Source: Octopus vulgaris
Lineage: Eukaryota
Reading direction: 5' to 3'
DNA length: 64,000 nt
Assembly: GCA_951406725.2 (NCBI GenBank)
Contig: OX597816.1
Location: 89,900,001-89,964,000, forward strand
The position numbers and the translations under genes are program-made. The notes beneath the pieces are model-generated. The model searched no databases. It was not told where the DNA came from and saw only the letters and a list, made by a program, of their open reading frames with translations. Every line of letters begins with the position of its first letter. Position 1 is the stretch's first letter. Of the stretch, positions 32,131 through 62,800 are shown piece after piece.

Positions 32131-33358
32131 GCCTGTGATTGTGCCAAGGAAGATTGATGTCCACGAGGAAATTTTTGTAGAGAAAAAGGCGTAAGGTAAC
32201 ATCAGAGAGACAGGAGTACTATTATATAGGTACATTATTTACATTGGACGGATATGTCTCCTCAGGTTGTTTATTGTTAACACAGCGTTTCGGCTGATTT
32301 ATTCTCCAGCCTTCATCAAGTGTCCTGATAGAATTTTGAACCTTTTTTGCTGATATTATTATTAATTATTGTTATTATTTATTCAAGTCATTGCCTGGAA
32401 GTGAACTCGGAATCTTGGGATTAGTAACTCGCGCTCTCCACCATTACGCTATATGCCGGTGGGCAGTTATAGAGTGAATTTTAGGGTTTATAAACCCAAT
32501 ATTTTTGTATGCTTCCTTAATACCGGTTCCCATATTCTACTCATATCTTTACTAGGTCTGCTTAAGAGGTTATTGTGCTGTAGCATATGTGCTACCTCTT
32601 TTAGTTTTCGTATTTTCCGGTGGTGTTCCCTGTCTATTATTTTAACTTCATCCCACAGGAGAAGGTGGTCTCCGTTTTTCCATAATGAGCAGCTGTACCC
32701 GATTTTTCAACTCTTCCAGTTTTCATTTCCAGTCACAAATTGTTTCAAAAAGGTATGCTTTCATTCCGTTTCAAAAGCGTATCACAAACGGAATACTAGT
32801 CCAAACAATTCTTCTCTGAGAGTTTGTGAGAGACCTATATATTACAGTGAGAAATGTATCCTAGATTCACTAGGTGTTCATAAGCTGTACTTTTAGCAAC
32901 TTCCAACTCCTCTGCAGTTCTCTAGTCGTGATATTTTAGTTTCATTCGATTTTTGCCTTCAAAATATCTTCATCCAATTTTGAAGGTCTTCCAATGTCGA
33001 CTGTCATCCTCCAAGCTAAACTCTGCAGCTTAAAATTTTTCAAGCCACCTTCGAGCACTTGATTCACCTACAGCATCATCACCATAAACTTCACAAATGT
33101 TTTTGCAAGTCTTTGCAGCATTTTCTCCTTTAAAAAAAAAAAGCATTACAATGTGTATATGAAATTTTTGGTCATCCATTTTAAATGTCAATAAAGGGTA
33201 ACCGGAATGAAAGATAAATCTGTTTTTTAGTCAGAAACAAAGAAGTAATGCACTACCACTTCAAGCAACGCCAAAGTTTTAATTGTATTACGTTTCGAGT
33301 GTGTCCAATGAAGCGTTAAAAGATTTAGCTTAAAAACACTCAGCACTTTCCGGACAAC

Positions 33359-33449
<91 letters not shown>

Positions 33450-33524
33450 GTATGTATATATGTATGTATATATATATGCATGTATATATATATATATAGA
33501 TATATATGTGTGTGTGTGTGTATG

Positions 33525-33752
33525 TGGAGGCGCAATGGCCCAGTGGTTAGAGCAGCGGGCTCGCGGTTTCGCTTCCCAGGCCGGGCGTTGTGAGTGTTTA
33601 TTGAGCGAAAACACCTAAAAGCTCCACGAGGCTCCGGCAGGGGTGGTGATCCCTGCTGTACTCTTTCACCACTATTTCTCCCACTCTTTCTTCTGTTGGC
33701 CTGCTCGCTTAGCCAGCGGGGTGACGTCATTCAAAGGCTAAAACAATGCGAA
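33525..33752 (+). mobile_element. tRNA-derived SINE family C (3' part also at 58749-58866)
   Basis: GGCGCAATGGCCCAGTGGTTAGAGCAGCGG tRNA-like head; shared GGCCTGCTCGCTTAGCCAGCGGG. Confidence 0.7.
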
Positions 33753-33796
33753 TATATAATATTATCCGAAAAGTATAGTGTTAAATATCCATCACA

Positions 33797-33890
33797 GCTG
33801 ATCTTACCATTCGGTTTCGCGTAAAGAATGCAACGGAGTGTTAAGTAACAATCCAATAATTATATAACATTACGCTCATCAGAGTTAGCC
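33797..33890 (-). ncRNA. Hammerhead motif in inverted 5' pLTR of Penelope-like element
   Basis: ggctaact-CTGATGA-gcgtaa...ttacgc-GAAAC-cgaatg-GTA-agatcagc. Confidence 0.65.
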
Positions 33891-35498
33891 GATTTCGAAG
33901 GGGATTTGGCAGCTGCTCACTGTTGTCGGAGGTGGGTTTGCACAGCCGGTCAGCGGCTGCTGTGAAAATAGATGGACCTGGAATCTGGTGCCTATATGCC
34001 CTTCAGGAAACCAAATGAGAAGTTGTCCTACATTAACACAGGTTCCTGCCATCCAGCTATAGTGTTCAGGAGCCTAGTTAAGGGCGTCAGCATGAGAAAT
34101 CTCCAGCTTATCTTCAAGCAAAGATATCTTTTATGCTGCCGCCCCGTACTACAACAAGGCTCTGACTGCTAGCGGTTTCAAGGATAATATTAGTTACCCT
34201 AACCCCCACCAAGAGAAAGTGCCACCGGAAAGTATTGTGCTTCACGCCGCCATTCGTTTTAAACGTTAAGACCAGAGTAGGTAAGATCTTCCTTAGTTTA
34301 GTTGATAGACACTTCCCCCGTACCGATAGATTCAGCAAAATATTTAACAGACACACCCTCATATTATCCTTTAGCTGTGCACGTAGTGTAAAAAAAGGTT
34401 TTAGCTGGTAGGCCCACACCCGAGGAAGAGACAGGATGCTCATGCAGTAGTAACACAATTTGTACACTGAACGGCCCCTGCAATACAGAGACAGTTGTTT
34501 ACGAGACAGAAGTAACAACAACAGGACAACCGGGCATGCAGAAGTATGTAGGGCAACGGAAGACCACTTCAGAACCCGCTTTAATAACAAGCCCTCCTTC
34601 GACAGCCTAGAGAGACGTAACGCCACTATCCTAGTCAAACACGTCTGAACGTGAAAGCGCCACGAATACAGCCTAAAGTCGAAGATCCTCGAAAAATGCA
34701 AACCGTACTTCAATAACAGCAGGAAGTGCATCTTGTGCCTGGCTGAAAAGAGAAGAATTTTAAAAGGTACCCAACACCCGGATATCTACCTGAATAGCAG
34801 GAGTGAGGTGTTTAATCTTTGCCCGCATGCTAGGAAGTACATCCTATTGTACCTGCGCGCCCCACCATAACTGTAACCACAGGTCCCCTGCCTCGAACCT
34901 TAACCCTCCGCCAACGACCATCCAGCAATGCCCTCGGGCCCAGCAAAAAGAGTTTGACCAAAGAACACACCAATGCACCCCTGTACATACACGCACACTC
35001 CTATAAGGCTAACACTCCATAAAATAAGGCTGAGACTCCACCACCCCAACACTTACCCCTGCACACAATTTCTACCCCCACACATGCACAGACCTCCACA
35101 CATGCACAGACCCCCATACATGCACAGACCCCCACACACACATTACACATTACAAACCACTCGCTAAAAAAAAAACCACGACTTTATCCTTTGCAGAAAG
35201 AACACAGGCCAACGAACACAGCTATATATACCTACACCCCGGATAAAATTATGCATATGACTCCACTACACATATCAAACATCCCACCCCACAGGAGCAC
35301 CACATTAATAATACACATCTTCCCCACTTCAAGATAACTCTTGCCGACTTAACAGCATAGCCAATCAAGGGACATAACTCCTAACCAAATCCCCTTGCCC
35401 CTTTTTCGTTTCATCATCCATTTTCACAGCAGCCGCTGACCGGTTGTGCTAATCCACCTCTGACAATAGAGAGCAGTTGCCATATACCCTTCGATATC

Positions 35499-35590
35499 GG
35501 CTAACTCTGATGAGCATAAAGTTATATAATCGGATTGTTACCTAACACTCCATTGTATTCTTTACGTGAAACCAATTGGTAAGCTCAGCC
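35499..35590 (+). ncRNA. Hammerhead motif in 3' pLTR of Penelope-like element
   Basis: ggctaact-CTGATGA-gcataaag...ctttacgt-GAAAC-caattg-GTA-agctcagcc; palindromic ACCAATTGGT. Confidence 0.7.
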
Positions 35591-35698
35591 GTGATGGATA
35601 TTAAATACTATACTTTTCGGATGATGTACCTACTCTACTGACAGATATACGAGTGCATCTTTTCACTGACTTGTAGTCTCTTTGACGACTCACATACG

Positions 35699-35758
<60 letters not shown>

Positions 35759-37343
35759 ACACACATGTGTACAGAATACAAATGAAATCTGGAGTCAAAT
35801 GGGTAGAGTTTTAGGAGTCCAACACTTGTTTCTATATATATATTCGATTGCAGATGCACTGATAATGTTAAGTTGGCTTATCATTTCAGAGCACCGCAAA
35901 ATTTGTTCTTACTAACTAGCTGAAGATTGAAACAGCGGGAACCTTTGTCCGTGGGCGCGAAATTTGAAATCATTGGAGAATAATTTTGCCGTTAAAACTA
36001 CAACTTAACAAATATTCCACTCTGCTATACCTATTGAGTGCCTTTTCTTCGCTTTTGATAACACTTAATATTTACTATACAAAAGCTTCTTTATTATATT
36101 GCGGAGCAAACTTCACTCCCGATAACAATAGTTTCAAAACGAGGGTCTTTATAAGTTAACCTATTTGACAGAGAACATCCAAATTCCATCTCAGTTCGCG
36201 GTGATAAGGTTAATGGAATAATTATATGTTGTGAATCGTATGAAGTGAAATGCCTTTTCAAGTAATTCACATATCAATGACTGACAACATGCATATAAAA
36301 ACACGTATCTGTGCGCCGTAAATAATTATTCTGTAACCTTTTGTACATCTGAGACTGTTAGGTATATTGAGTATGATTAAATTCATCAGTGGATGCCATG
36401 ACACCTTCAAGTCAAACCTATGTCTGGTATTCAGAATATTAAGAAATCAAAAACATTTATATATTCTGATAAAACAAATATCTTTTTGAAGTTGAAAAAA
36501 AAAACAGTTTCTGTGTAATATTATCAACCAAAGTTATAGAAATAACAAAGTCACATCTATATAGAAATGGAGAAAGCTGATTATTAATTAGGTGAATTTT
36601 TTTTTTATAAATCTAGAATTTTTTTTTATAAATTCAAGTTCCAAGAAATTTCCTGTAATTTCGATTTCTGAAATAAATTGATAATTTGAAATACAAGTTC
36701 TTCACAAATTTAAATATCCGTTGCATTCACTGCTGAGGGGATTTAATAAACAATATTAATTCGTTACAGGCGAAATTTTCCGTTTTCATTTGCAACAGTC
36801 TCTCATTCTCTTTCACCTCCATTTCCATTAATGATAATTTGATATATATTCATTTCAATGTTTTCATTTCAAGTTTTATTTCGCTATTTTCAAAACCCAC
36901 AGTTTACTCGATATTACGTAACCTTAAAAAAAGTATTTATTGAATGAATGAATGCTATTACACAAAATAGCTGTATAACTTTGATGTTTATTTTTATAAA
37001 ATGAACATTTTTTTGATATACCGGTATAATTTGTTTTCAAATTAAGAAGTGATTTTATTGGTATGGCTGTTTGAAACGCAATAATCCTTACAATAATAAC
37101 TATATGATCGCTGCTAGCATACCAAACGTATATATTACTGAAAGAAATATTTACTAAGCAAGTGAGATTTTTTATAAACTGAAGTTTTCAGAAAAGTTTA
37201 CTTTCTGAATTTCCTTTTATTATTAAATATTTCAAGTTCACAAATTTAAATATTCGGTACAAGATAGTTTTTAACGAACTTTATGTGATTTTTCATTTCC
37301 TTTTTATTTCATTCCTTTTTTGCAATGTTCTTTCTCCCCCTCG

Positions 37344-37375
<32 letters not shown>

Positions 37376-38579
37376 GACACACACACACGCACGCACACAT
37401 ACACACACTGTCTCTCTGATATACACGCACACAATGTCTCTGTAATATAAGCACACACACACACTCCAGGTTTGAGTAGCAAAAAACCGCCCGGAGGACA
37501 GTGTTTCTGCTAGTATTTATAACAATATAGATAATAAGACAAACTTGTAGATTAAACATTAAAATCTACTAAACTGTATATCATTCTCAAAACCCATCAA
37601 AGAAGTTTCGATTGTAAATGTCCTAAGAATAGGTTCAGAATAATAAATTGAATTCTAGTTTTCTTTTTTAATCTGTAATAACAGATACTAGGACCATTCT
37701 CAGTTTCTGTCAAGTGTTATCTTCACCTATATACGCAGTCCTGATCATGATTTTGTATGTGTGTGTGTATATGTGTGTTGGAGGGGGAGACTAGCAGTTG
37801 CCCAGGAATGCAAATCTCCTCTCTCCACACCATCAGTTTTCTTTAAGAGAAGGTGGGGTTCTGAAAGATACCAATGTCATCGCTGACGTTGCCTTCAGAA
37901 TGCAAAGAGCCAGTACAAATACCATTTGATATACCGTTTAACACTGTAGCAGTTCCTCAAATCCAACGCCCTTACATTGTACTTTTTTATTAACTCCAAA
38001 AGATTAATCTGACCTGGGCAGAGTTTGAACTAGGGACGCAAATATATGAAACAAATACCACGGAGCATATACAACGATCTAATCATTCAGCCAATTTGCC
38101 GCCAAGAGTTACCGGTAAAATAAACTACTAATCTCCGTCAAAGCAACAAAAGTAATAATTAGCTGGGTTTTAAAATAGCAGTAATAATTTAACCGCTCAT
38201 CCCGAAATTGTTACTCACTTGTATTCAAGAATTCGGCAACACATATAATACCATAAATAACAATGGTGCGTAAATTATTATTGATGCCACGAAAACTTTA
38301 CTTTTCAACAAAAAGTTTGCCTGATAGAAAAATAAAAGAAATAGATCTCCGAATTCATTCGATATCAGGATAATAGAAGCGTTCGATGGTGCATGGATAT
38401 GCGATCAAGAGCGAAGGCCTATACATAAAAAAAGTTGGTTCTATTAAGCATGACAACAACCATACAATTAGATAAACTTTGAAAATAATTAACCAATTAC
38501 TACAATAATTTCGGACATAAAGTAGCAATTTACATAATTCTAAGCATAGGAAATTTTTGAGATCCAACATTCGGTCCAA

Positions 38580-40760
38580 TTACAGATACCACCCTAAGCT
38601 GTTTTCCTCTGCTTTGATACAGTCTTGGCAACTGATCAAATCTCTCCCACCCTTTCTTCTGGACAAGTAAAGCCTATCGATGTCACTTTTAGTGTGGAAG
38701 GTCTTGGTATCCATTTTCTTCACTTCAGCCATTTTATAATTCCTGCTCCATACCGAAGTGATGCAATCACCCACACATTAACTGCTTGGATTTTATTCCA
38801 TCCAGTCAATTTTGAGCGCAACACCAACCTATCTTCAGAAATACTCGATATTCAGTTGCTCTTTCATTTCCTTTTCCATTATCTCGTTGAAGGTGGTGAG
38901 CTGGTATAATCGTTTCCACACCAAGTAAGATTCTTAGCGGTATTTTCTCCGTCTTTACGTTCTGAGTTCAAATTTCGCCGAGGTCGACTTTACCTTTCAT
39001 CTTTTCGGGATCGATAAAATAAGTACCATCTGTGTACTGAGGTCGATGTAATCGTCTATCTCCTACCCCAAATTTCAGGCCTTGTGCCTATAGTAAAAAG
39101 GATTATCATTTTCATTATCATTATTAAGGCAGTGAGTTGGCAGAATCGTTAGCACGCCGGCCGAAATGCTTAGCTGTATTTCGTCTGCTACTACATTCTG
39201 AGTTCAAAATTCCGCCGAGATCGACTTTCCCATTCATACTTCGGGGTTGATAAATTAAGAACCAGTCAAGTGATGGGGTTAATATAATCGACTATCCCCC
39301 TTCCCACAAATTCCAGGCCTTGTGCCTATAGTAGAAAGGATTATTTTTATTATTATTGTTGTTGTTTTCACTATCATCTTCTTTCAATTCTGTTTCTATT
39401 TCTTGCCGAGTGTCTTCCTGACATCTAGGGCAAAGAAACTTACTGTATACATCGGTAGGCCACTAAAATAAACACACCAGATTGTTCATTTACATAGTTA
39501 TGTGATAGAGGAAAAGTGGAAGAAAGACAGAGAGGAAAAAGAAAAAAATAAGAAATAAAAAAATAAACAAAGAAAATGAAAGGGGGGGGGAATTCTCAGT
39601 ACGTGTGACATTCCAGTTAAGACAATCTTTTGCACTTCCTGCAAGAATCACTCTTAAATAATTTTCAGTTCCTTTTTTTATCCCTGGTATTCTAACTGTC
39701 CTGAGATGCCACATCTTTTCGATTTCGATCAGCAAATCTTTATATTTTCTGAGCTTATCAAATTCTTTTGCCGAGATATTATGGTCAAGGGTATGCTCAT
39801 GTCAATCAATAAACTGATGTTATTGTTTTGTTCTTTCACAACAATATCTGATTTATTTGCTTTGATGATCTGGTCTGTACATAATGGAAGGTCCCAAAGA
39901 ATTTTTACACTTTCTTACTCAGTTACAGCTTCAGGGTGATGCTTGTACCATTTGTCAGCAGTTTTGATTTTATAATGCCGACACATTATCCAACGTAGAT
40001 ATTGGCCAACTCTGTCATATCTTGATATGTACTCTACATGTGCTAAAACCTTACACCCAGAGATTAGGTGATCCACTGTTATTATTATTTCCTTTCACAC
40101 GCAAAAGATTAGACTGTTGGAAAAGAAAAAATCCTAGCATCGGTCTACAAGTAACCTTATATGCCAAGAACCCCACTATCCGGCTACAACAAGTAACCTT
40201 AGATGCCAAGAACTCTCCTAAGTATCATAGTTGTCCCTAATAATAATGTATTTCTGGAGCTGTACTAAACTGGATGTTATGCCTATTTCCTCTATCCATC
40301 TGTTCAGATCTTTAGGGATAATTCCCAATGCACCAATAGCTACTGGGACAAATTTTACCCGCACTTTCCATGGTCTCTGTAATTCAATAGCTAGGTCCTG
40401 GTACATTGCTATTTTTTTCTATACTTCCCATATTACTGTTTTCATCATTTGGGACTGTAAAGTTAATTATCTGGCACTCACTTTCTATTCTCTCTATCTA
40501 CTTCTACCAAATCATGCCTTCTAGCTTCTATTACTCTGTCAGTCTGAATCTTAAAGTCCCACAACATCTTAAATTTCTTGCTTTCTAGTACTTTCCTAGG
40601 TTCGTGTTCACACCTTTTATCAGTATGTTAAAATCCTAGCTTTCTACATAGCCCCTATGGATTACTCTCCCTAGATTGTCATGTCTCTTCTTGTATTCTT
40701 TCTGTGCATGCATGCTACATTCACTTACTATATGAGTAAGATTACTCTCCCTAGATTGTC
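38580..40760 (-). mobile_element. RLE-type (R4/Dong-like) non-LTR retrotransposon fragments interrupted by SINEs
   Basis: DIDRLYLSRRKGGRDLISC; LLIEIEKMWHLRTVRIP; YQDLAIELQRPWKVRVKFVPVAIGALG. Confidence 0.7.
38890..39345 (+). mobile_element. Two tandem SINE family A copies
   Basis: Two cores separated by an (ATT/ATC)n tail. Confidence 0.8.
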
Positions 40761-40849
40761 AATATTATTATTAATATTATTATTATTGCTATTACTATTA
40801 AGGTGGCAGATTGTAAAGCTTACTTTTTCCGATTCTTATGGAAAGGTCA

Positions 40850-41230
40850 GGTTCCACTGGTCAGAAAATCCATCTACTATCAACACTCATACCGTAGTAG
40901 TCTTGGGATGCCATCCTTGATGAAGCAGTGCCACGCTTTGAGGCTGTCGCACCTACAAAAATATCTAAGCCATTGCGATGATGCGGACGACGACGACGAA
41001 AATAAGGGTGAACTGGTGTGGGTGTCTTTCGTACGACATGTCTTTCTGCAGTTCATCTCATTGACAGAGCTCCAGTCATAGGTCAAACGTAGACCAAGGT
41101 TGGTCGTTTGACATCTAGAATGTTGCCAGGCGCTCAGTGCATTGTACCAGCTGCCCAAAACCGTTAGCGGGAAAACAACCCAAGATTTCTATAGGATGCT
41201 AGTTGACAGTAGAGCGGGCAGTGCTGCCTT
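40850..41230 (+). mobile_element. Tx1-like LINE ORF2 fragment
   Basis: FLWKGQVPLVRKSI...LGMPSL; shares sequence with 49930-50060. Confidence 0.5.
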
Positions 41231-41593
41231 CTAGTGTTCATCAAAAGGTGGTCGATAGGGGCAAGACAGGTGAGACTGAATGGATCTACTCTCAATGTTT
41301 TTCTAAGCAAGAGGAGAGGAACTGGAAGAGGGCACTTTCCCATGCCTTGGAGATGGAAGAGTAATCCGGGATTTTTGCCTAGAGTTTACCCCGGATTACC
41401 CTAAGTGGACTGCCCCACTATTGGGGATTCTATTTATTTCTCTACTTTCTATTACATATCCTCTGTTATTTCCTTTAATGTAGTAGTATCTCCCCTTGAT
41501 TAATGTTAAACCCGCATGTTTTTGTAATTTTTTGTGCTGTAACTCGTCCTTCGATATTGTTCTCCATTGGGCCCTTGAGGCCAATAAAAGAAA

Positions 41594-41637
<44 letters not shown>

Positions 41638-41648
41638 CATTATTATTA

Positions 41649-42320
41649 AGGCGGCGAGCTGGTAGAATCGTTAGCACGCTGAGAAAAATGCTTAATGACA
41701 TTTCGTCCGTCTTTACGTTCTGAGTTCAAATTCCACTGGGGTAGACTTTGCCTTTCATCCTTTCGGGGTCGATCAATTAAGTACCAGTTGAGTACTGGGG
41801 TTAATGTGATCGATTACCCCTCCCCACAAAATCCAGGCCTTGTGCCTATAGTAAAAAGTATTATTATCATTATTCAGGCGGCAAGCTGGCAGAATCGTTA
41901 GCACTCCGGGCGAAATACTTAGCGGTATTTTCGTCTGTCTTCACATTCTGAGTTCAAATTCCGCCGGAGTCGACTTTACCTCATCGTTTCGAGTTCGATA
42001 AATTAAGTACCAGTGAAAAATTAAGTACCAGTGAAACTCTGTACTCGATGTAATCGACTCATCCCCTTCCCCAAAATGGCTGCCCTTGTGACAAAATTTG
42101 AAACCATTATTATCATTATTATCAAGGCGGAACGCCGGACGAAATACTTAGCAGCATTTAGTCCGTCCTAAGTTCTGAGTTCAAATTCCTCTGTGGCTGA
42201 CTTTCACTTTCATCCTTTCGGGATCGATGAAATAAGTACCAGTTACGCACTGAGGTCGATGTATTCGACTCATCCCTCCCCTAAAATAACAGGCCCTGTG
42301 CCTATAATAAAACTGATTAT
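41649..42320 (+). mobile_element. Three tandem SINE family A copies
   Basis: Starts at about 41649, 41877 and 42126, each following the previous ATT-rich tail. Confidence 0.8.
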
Positions 42321-43311
42321 TATCATCATCATCAACAGCATTATTGTTGTTGTTGTTGTTGTTGTTCATTGTGTGTGTACGTTTGTATTTCTCTTTTTTT
42401 TTATTTTACTCAATTTTAGAAAAGTTGAAGCATCTCTTTGATAATTCTGGACCGTATTGAACTTATAGTTATAGACAGAGACAAAAGAGGACAACGACCG
42501 GCACACTGTTGTATCAAGTCATGAGACAAAAGAGGACAACGACCGGCACACTGTTGTATTAAGTCATGAGAAATCATGTGTTGAATGCGTAACAGCTGAA
42601 CTACGTAAGCTGTGTATTGTACAAGAGGTGGCATTGTAGCATACTCTTTACTCTTTTACTCTTTTATGCTATAATGTATTATGTTGCCAGATATTAGGTG
42701 TTGCATTAAAACACTTGATTTTCGCGTGCTACTTCTCTTATAACCTAGATTTTTACATATACCACCCTCATCTCGTAACTCGTATGCAAGTCACCCTATC
42801 TCAATCTATAATTCTATAGATATCTATATCAGCCATTTTGTTCTTGTTCCGTGTGGTGGGGGGTGTCTGTCTGTCTGTCTGTGTGCGCGCAAGCGTGTGC
42901 GTGTGTGCGTATGTAATTACCTACACATCTACAAATTTACCTATCTATCTCATCGATCGTCTGCTATCTGTCTACCAATCTGTTTTCGATCAAATCTACC
43001 CGCCTATCTGTCCATCTGCCATTCAATCTACCTGTCTATCTATGCATCAACCTTTCAATCTATCTGCTTTCCTTCCTACCTTCATTATCCAAACTTGCTT
43101 ATCTATCAAGCCATCAATCTACTCAACATTTCTAGCTACCTGCCTCGTCGACTACTTAGCTCTCTATCCATCAACCTACATATCTACTTATATATTCATC
43201 TACGAATAATAATATATTAAAGCGAACAGAAGTACAAATAAACAGGTTTATTTATACTGCTGTTCGCTTTAATATATCATTATTTTGATGTTATTTTTTA
43301 TCACTCTTTTT

Positions 43312-43620
43312 ACAAGGTGCGTTCAAAAAGTATCCAATTTTATTTTTTCCCACCAAAACTAATACCGCATGTTCAAAATCCTTTGGAGGAAAGCTAACAC
43401 CACTCTGCGTATGCGTGAAAATTTTCACACCGGCAGGCCGCGTCAGTTCCCAGCTGTTACACCTAGAGTACAAGCGTTTAGTACGCGCTAGCTGTATTTT
43501 CATTTTCAAACATAATGACCAAACACATTGAGTAGAGACTATACACCCATGTCTCATTACCAGTGGTGATGGTTTTCATGAAGTCTGGGCTGTGGTTTGC
43601 ACAGTCCCACATGTCCTGAG
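43312..43620. mobile_element. Tc1/mariner-like terminal fragment
   Basis: TA-CAAGGTGCGTTCAAAAAGTATCCAA resembles a mariner TIR. Confidence 0.4.
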
Positions 43621-44122
43621 CGACTTTGCCTTTCATCATATAGGGTTCGATAAAATAAGCGCCAATTAAGTACGGAGTCGATGTAATCGACTAGTCCCAC
43701 TGCCCCAAATTTCAGACTTTGTGCCAATAGTAGGAAGGATTATTACAACATATAGGAGGTGGTTGGGGTTCGCTCTTCTGTTGCAATTTTATAGGATGCA
43801 GTTGTGCATCGTTAACCAGCTAGAGGAGATGTCCTCTTGGGGTTAAAAATCGTAGTAGAGTCCGCTCGAAAGGACAGCCATGTTAAAGTGGCTACGAATA
43901 TTATATATAAATATATATATAAAGAGAGGAGGTATAAGATGAATAAATTTATTTCACCAGTAGACATCCATGTAACGACGAACGTTTCGCAACCTTTATC
44001 ATATAAAAACAATTTATTTTAGTGTGCAATAATAAATTATTTTACATGCCTGTATTACTTTATATAATAGAAATTATATAATAGTTGTATAATTTATAAA
44101 TTAATACAGGTTTATATGTATA

Positions 44123-44445
44123 TATTGGGTTGGCAACTAAGTTCCTGCCGTTTTTTCTTTTAATTTAATTTTTTAAAAGGTTTAATAAAAAAAAAAATAA
44201 CATCTAATTAATCAATAATGTATTCACCCTTGTTGTTTACAACTTCTTCCCAACGTTGAACAAGATTTTCAATACCTCGTTGGTAGAAATCACCCGATTT
44301 CGACTCGAAAATTGATCCAACCAAGCTCTCAATTCTGCATCAGTACTGAACGAAACTCTGCGCATAGCATTTGAAAGAGATCGAAAGAGATGGAAATCCG
44401 TTGGAGCCAAATCACGAGAGCACTTCCCAACCATGCGTTTGGTCA
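44123..44445 (-). mobile_element. mariner transposase 3' relic with terminal inverted repeat
   Basis: DLAPTDFHLFRSLSNAMR; TA-TTGGGTTGGCAACTAAG terminus at about 44123. Confidence 0.75.
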
Positions 44446-44661
44446 TATTGGCGATACATATATATATATATATAAGCAGCTCTGTAGGCGACTCGTCAAA
44501 CTCAAATGGCTGCAGGCACATAACCTCTCTACAACTGGAGATATATATATATTATAAGTGCGAAGACAATGGTCACTCTCTGACAAGCCATAACAAAAAT
44601 AGCTTCTAAATACAGACGGACAGACAAACAGACGGGTGGACAGACAGACAGACAGATAGAC

Positions 44662-44724
<63 letters not shown>

Positions 44725-44774
44725 GTAGATAGACAGATAGACAGACAGATATATAGACAGACAGACAGACAGAC

Positions 44775-44860
<86 letters not shown>

Positions 44861-45239
44861 ATCATAAAAAATAATACAATATATTACATTTTATATTACA
44901 ATTTTCTTTACTCTTTCCTCTTTTTAATAAATGTTTGTGAAACTACGTGAATCCATCAGATTTTGCCCAACTTATTTCTTTAAGGAAAATGTATGCAAAA
45001 CGTATTACAAAATCTGTGTGACAAATCTGTAGATAATAAAAATACGCACGACCCCAATCTCTCTTGTATACTTCTTGTGCAGTACACAAGAGAAATTGGG
45101 GTCGTATGTATCGCCTGCCCCACCTTGTTTCTGTGTAATTGTTTCTTTGTTAGTACCTCATCCTTTTGTCGGTTCCTCTGATGACTGGCAAGGCCGATTT
45201 TTACGTAAAACAATTAATTGGCACAGAGGTCACATCTAA

Positions 45240-45570
45240 AACTCGGTAGAAGCTTTGGTTCGAGTTGGTAGATCTTTCGTAGAATCCGTTTATCTCCTTC
45301 ATTTCTTCGGCGATGTATTTCAAAGTTTTCTTCACTAATTTTGATGACACGATGCCATGTTCTATCTCCTGCATATTGATTTCAGAATTAAGGGTCAATG
45401 TCTGTTTCAGTCGATCATTGTAGCGTCGTTTGGGGCAGGTACGTGATTTCAAACCGGTGTCGAGTTCGCTGAAGAGGATTTCATTTGGTGCATGATGCTC
45501 TTCATACACCAGACATGACTTTCCCATCTGAAGCAATGTTTGATGATGATGCTCTGGGTGCCCATTCAAG
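45240..45570 (-). mobile_element. RTE-like LINE 3' fragment
   Basis: ILFSELDTGLKSRTCPKRRYNDRLKQTL. Confidence 0.55.
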
Positions 45571-45741
45571 TACTACAAGGTAGTTAACATTTAGGCCCAT
45601 TCAAGTACTACAAGGTAGTTAACACAGTCAGCCTATTTGATGCTCATGTGTAAATGTCATATTACATTGAATATATAAGAAACTATTCTTCGATTAAAGC
45701 AATAAAAATTCAGACACCGCAAATATATTATTTTATCCAAA

Positions 45742-45747
45742 TTTATT
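45742..45747 (-). promoter_or_regulatory. Candidate poly(A) signal AATAAA of gene C
   Basis: About 295 nt after the stop, inside a block shared with gene B. Confidence 0.5.
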
Positions 45748-45768
45748 CACTGATGATTGCAATATAAC

Positions 45769-45887
<119 letters not shown>

Positions 45888-46041
45888 CAATTTATACAAG
45901 AGACATCTTAATTTACTATTTTAGCCACAGGCGTTGATTTGTTTTAACTGACACTATGAGAATATTCCTTTCATATATGTTATTAATTTACGCATGGAGT
46001 GATCCTAACTCCGAGTACAAAATGGATCATCTATGAATAAT

Positions 46042-62800
<16,759 letters not shown>

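Larger units (their letters stand above)
33760..35627 (+). mobile_element. 5'-truncated Penelope-like retroelement with inverted pLTRs (RT thumb + GIY-YIG relics)
   Basis: Frameshifted YMPFRKPNEKLSYINTGSCHP, FTPPF..VGKIFL..RHFP, CILCLAEK..LNSRSE; inverted repeats 33760-33975 and 35415-35627. Confidence 0.85.

Noticed and set aside
33525-33600. tRNA-like sequence
   Set aside because: SINE head with no complete cloverleaf; continues into a repeat body seen again at 58749.
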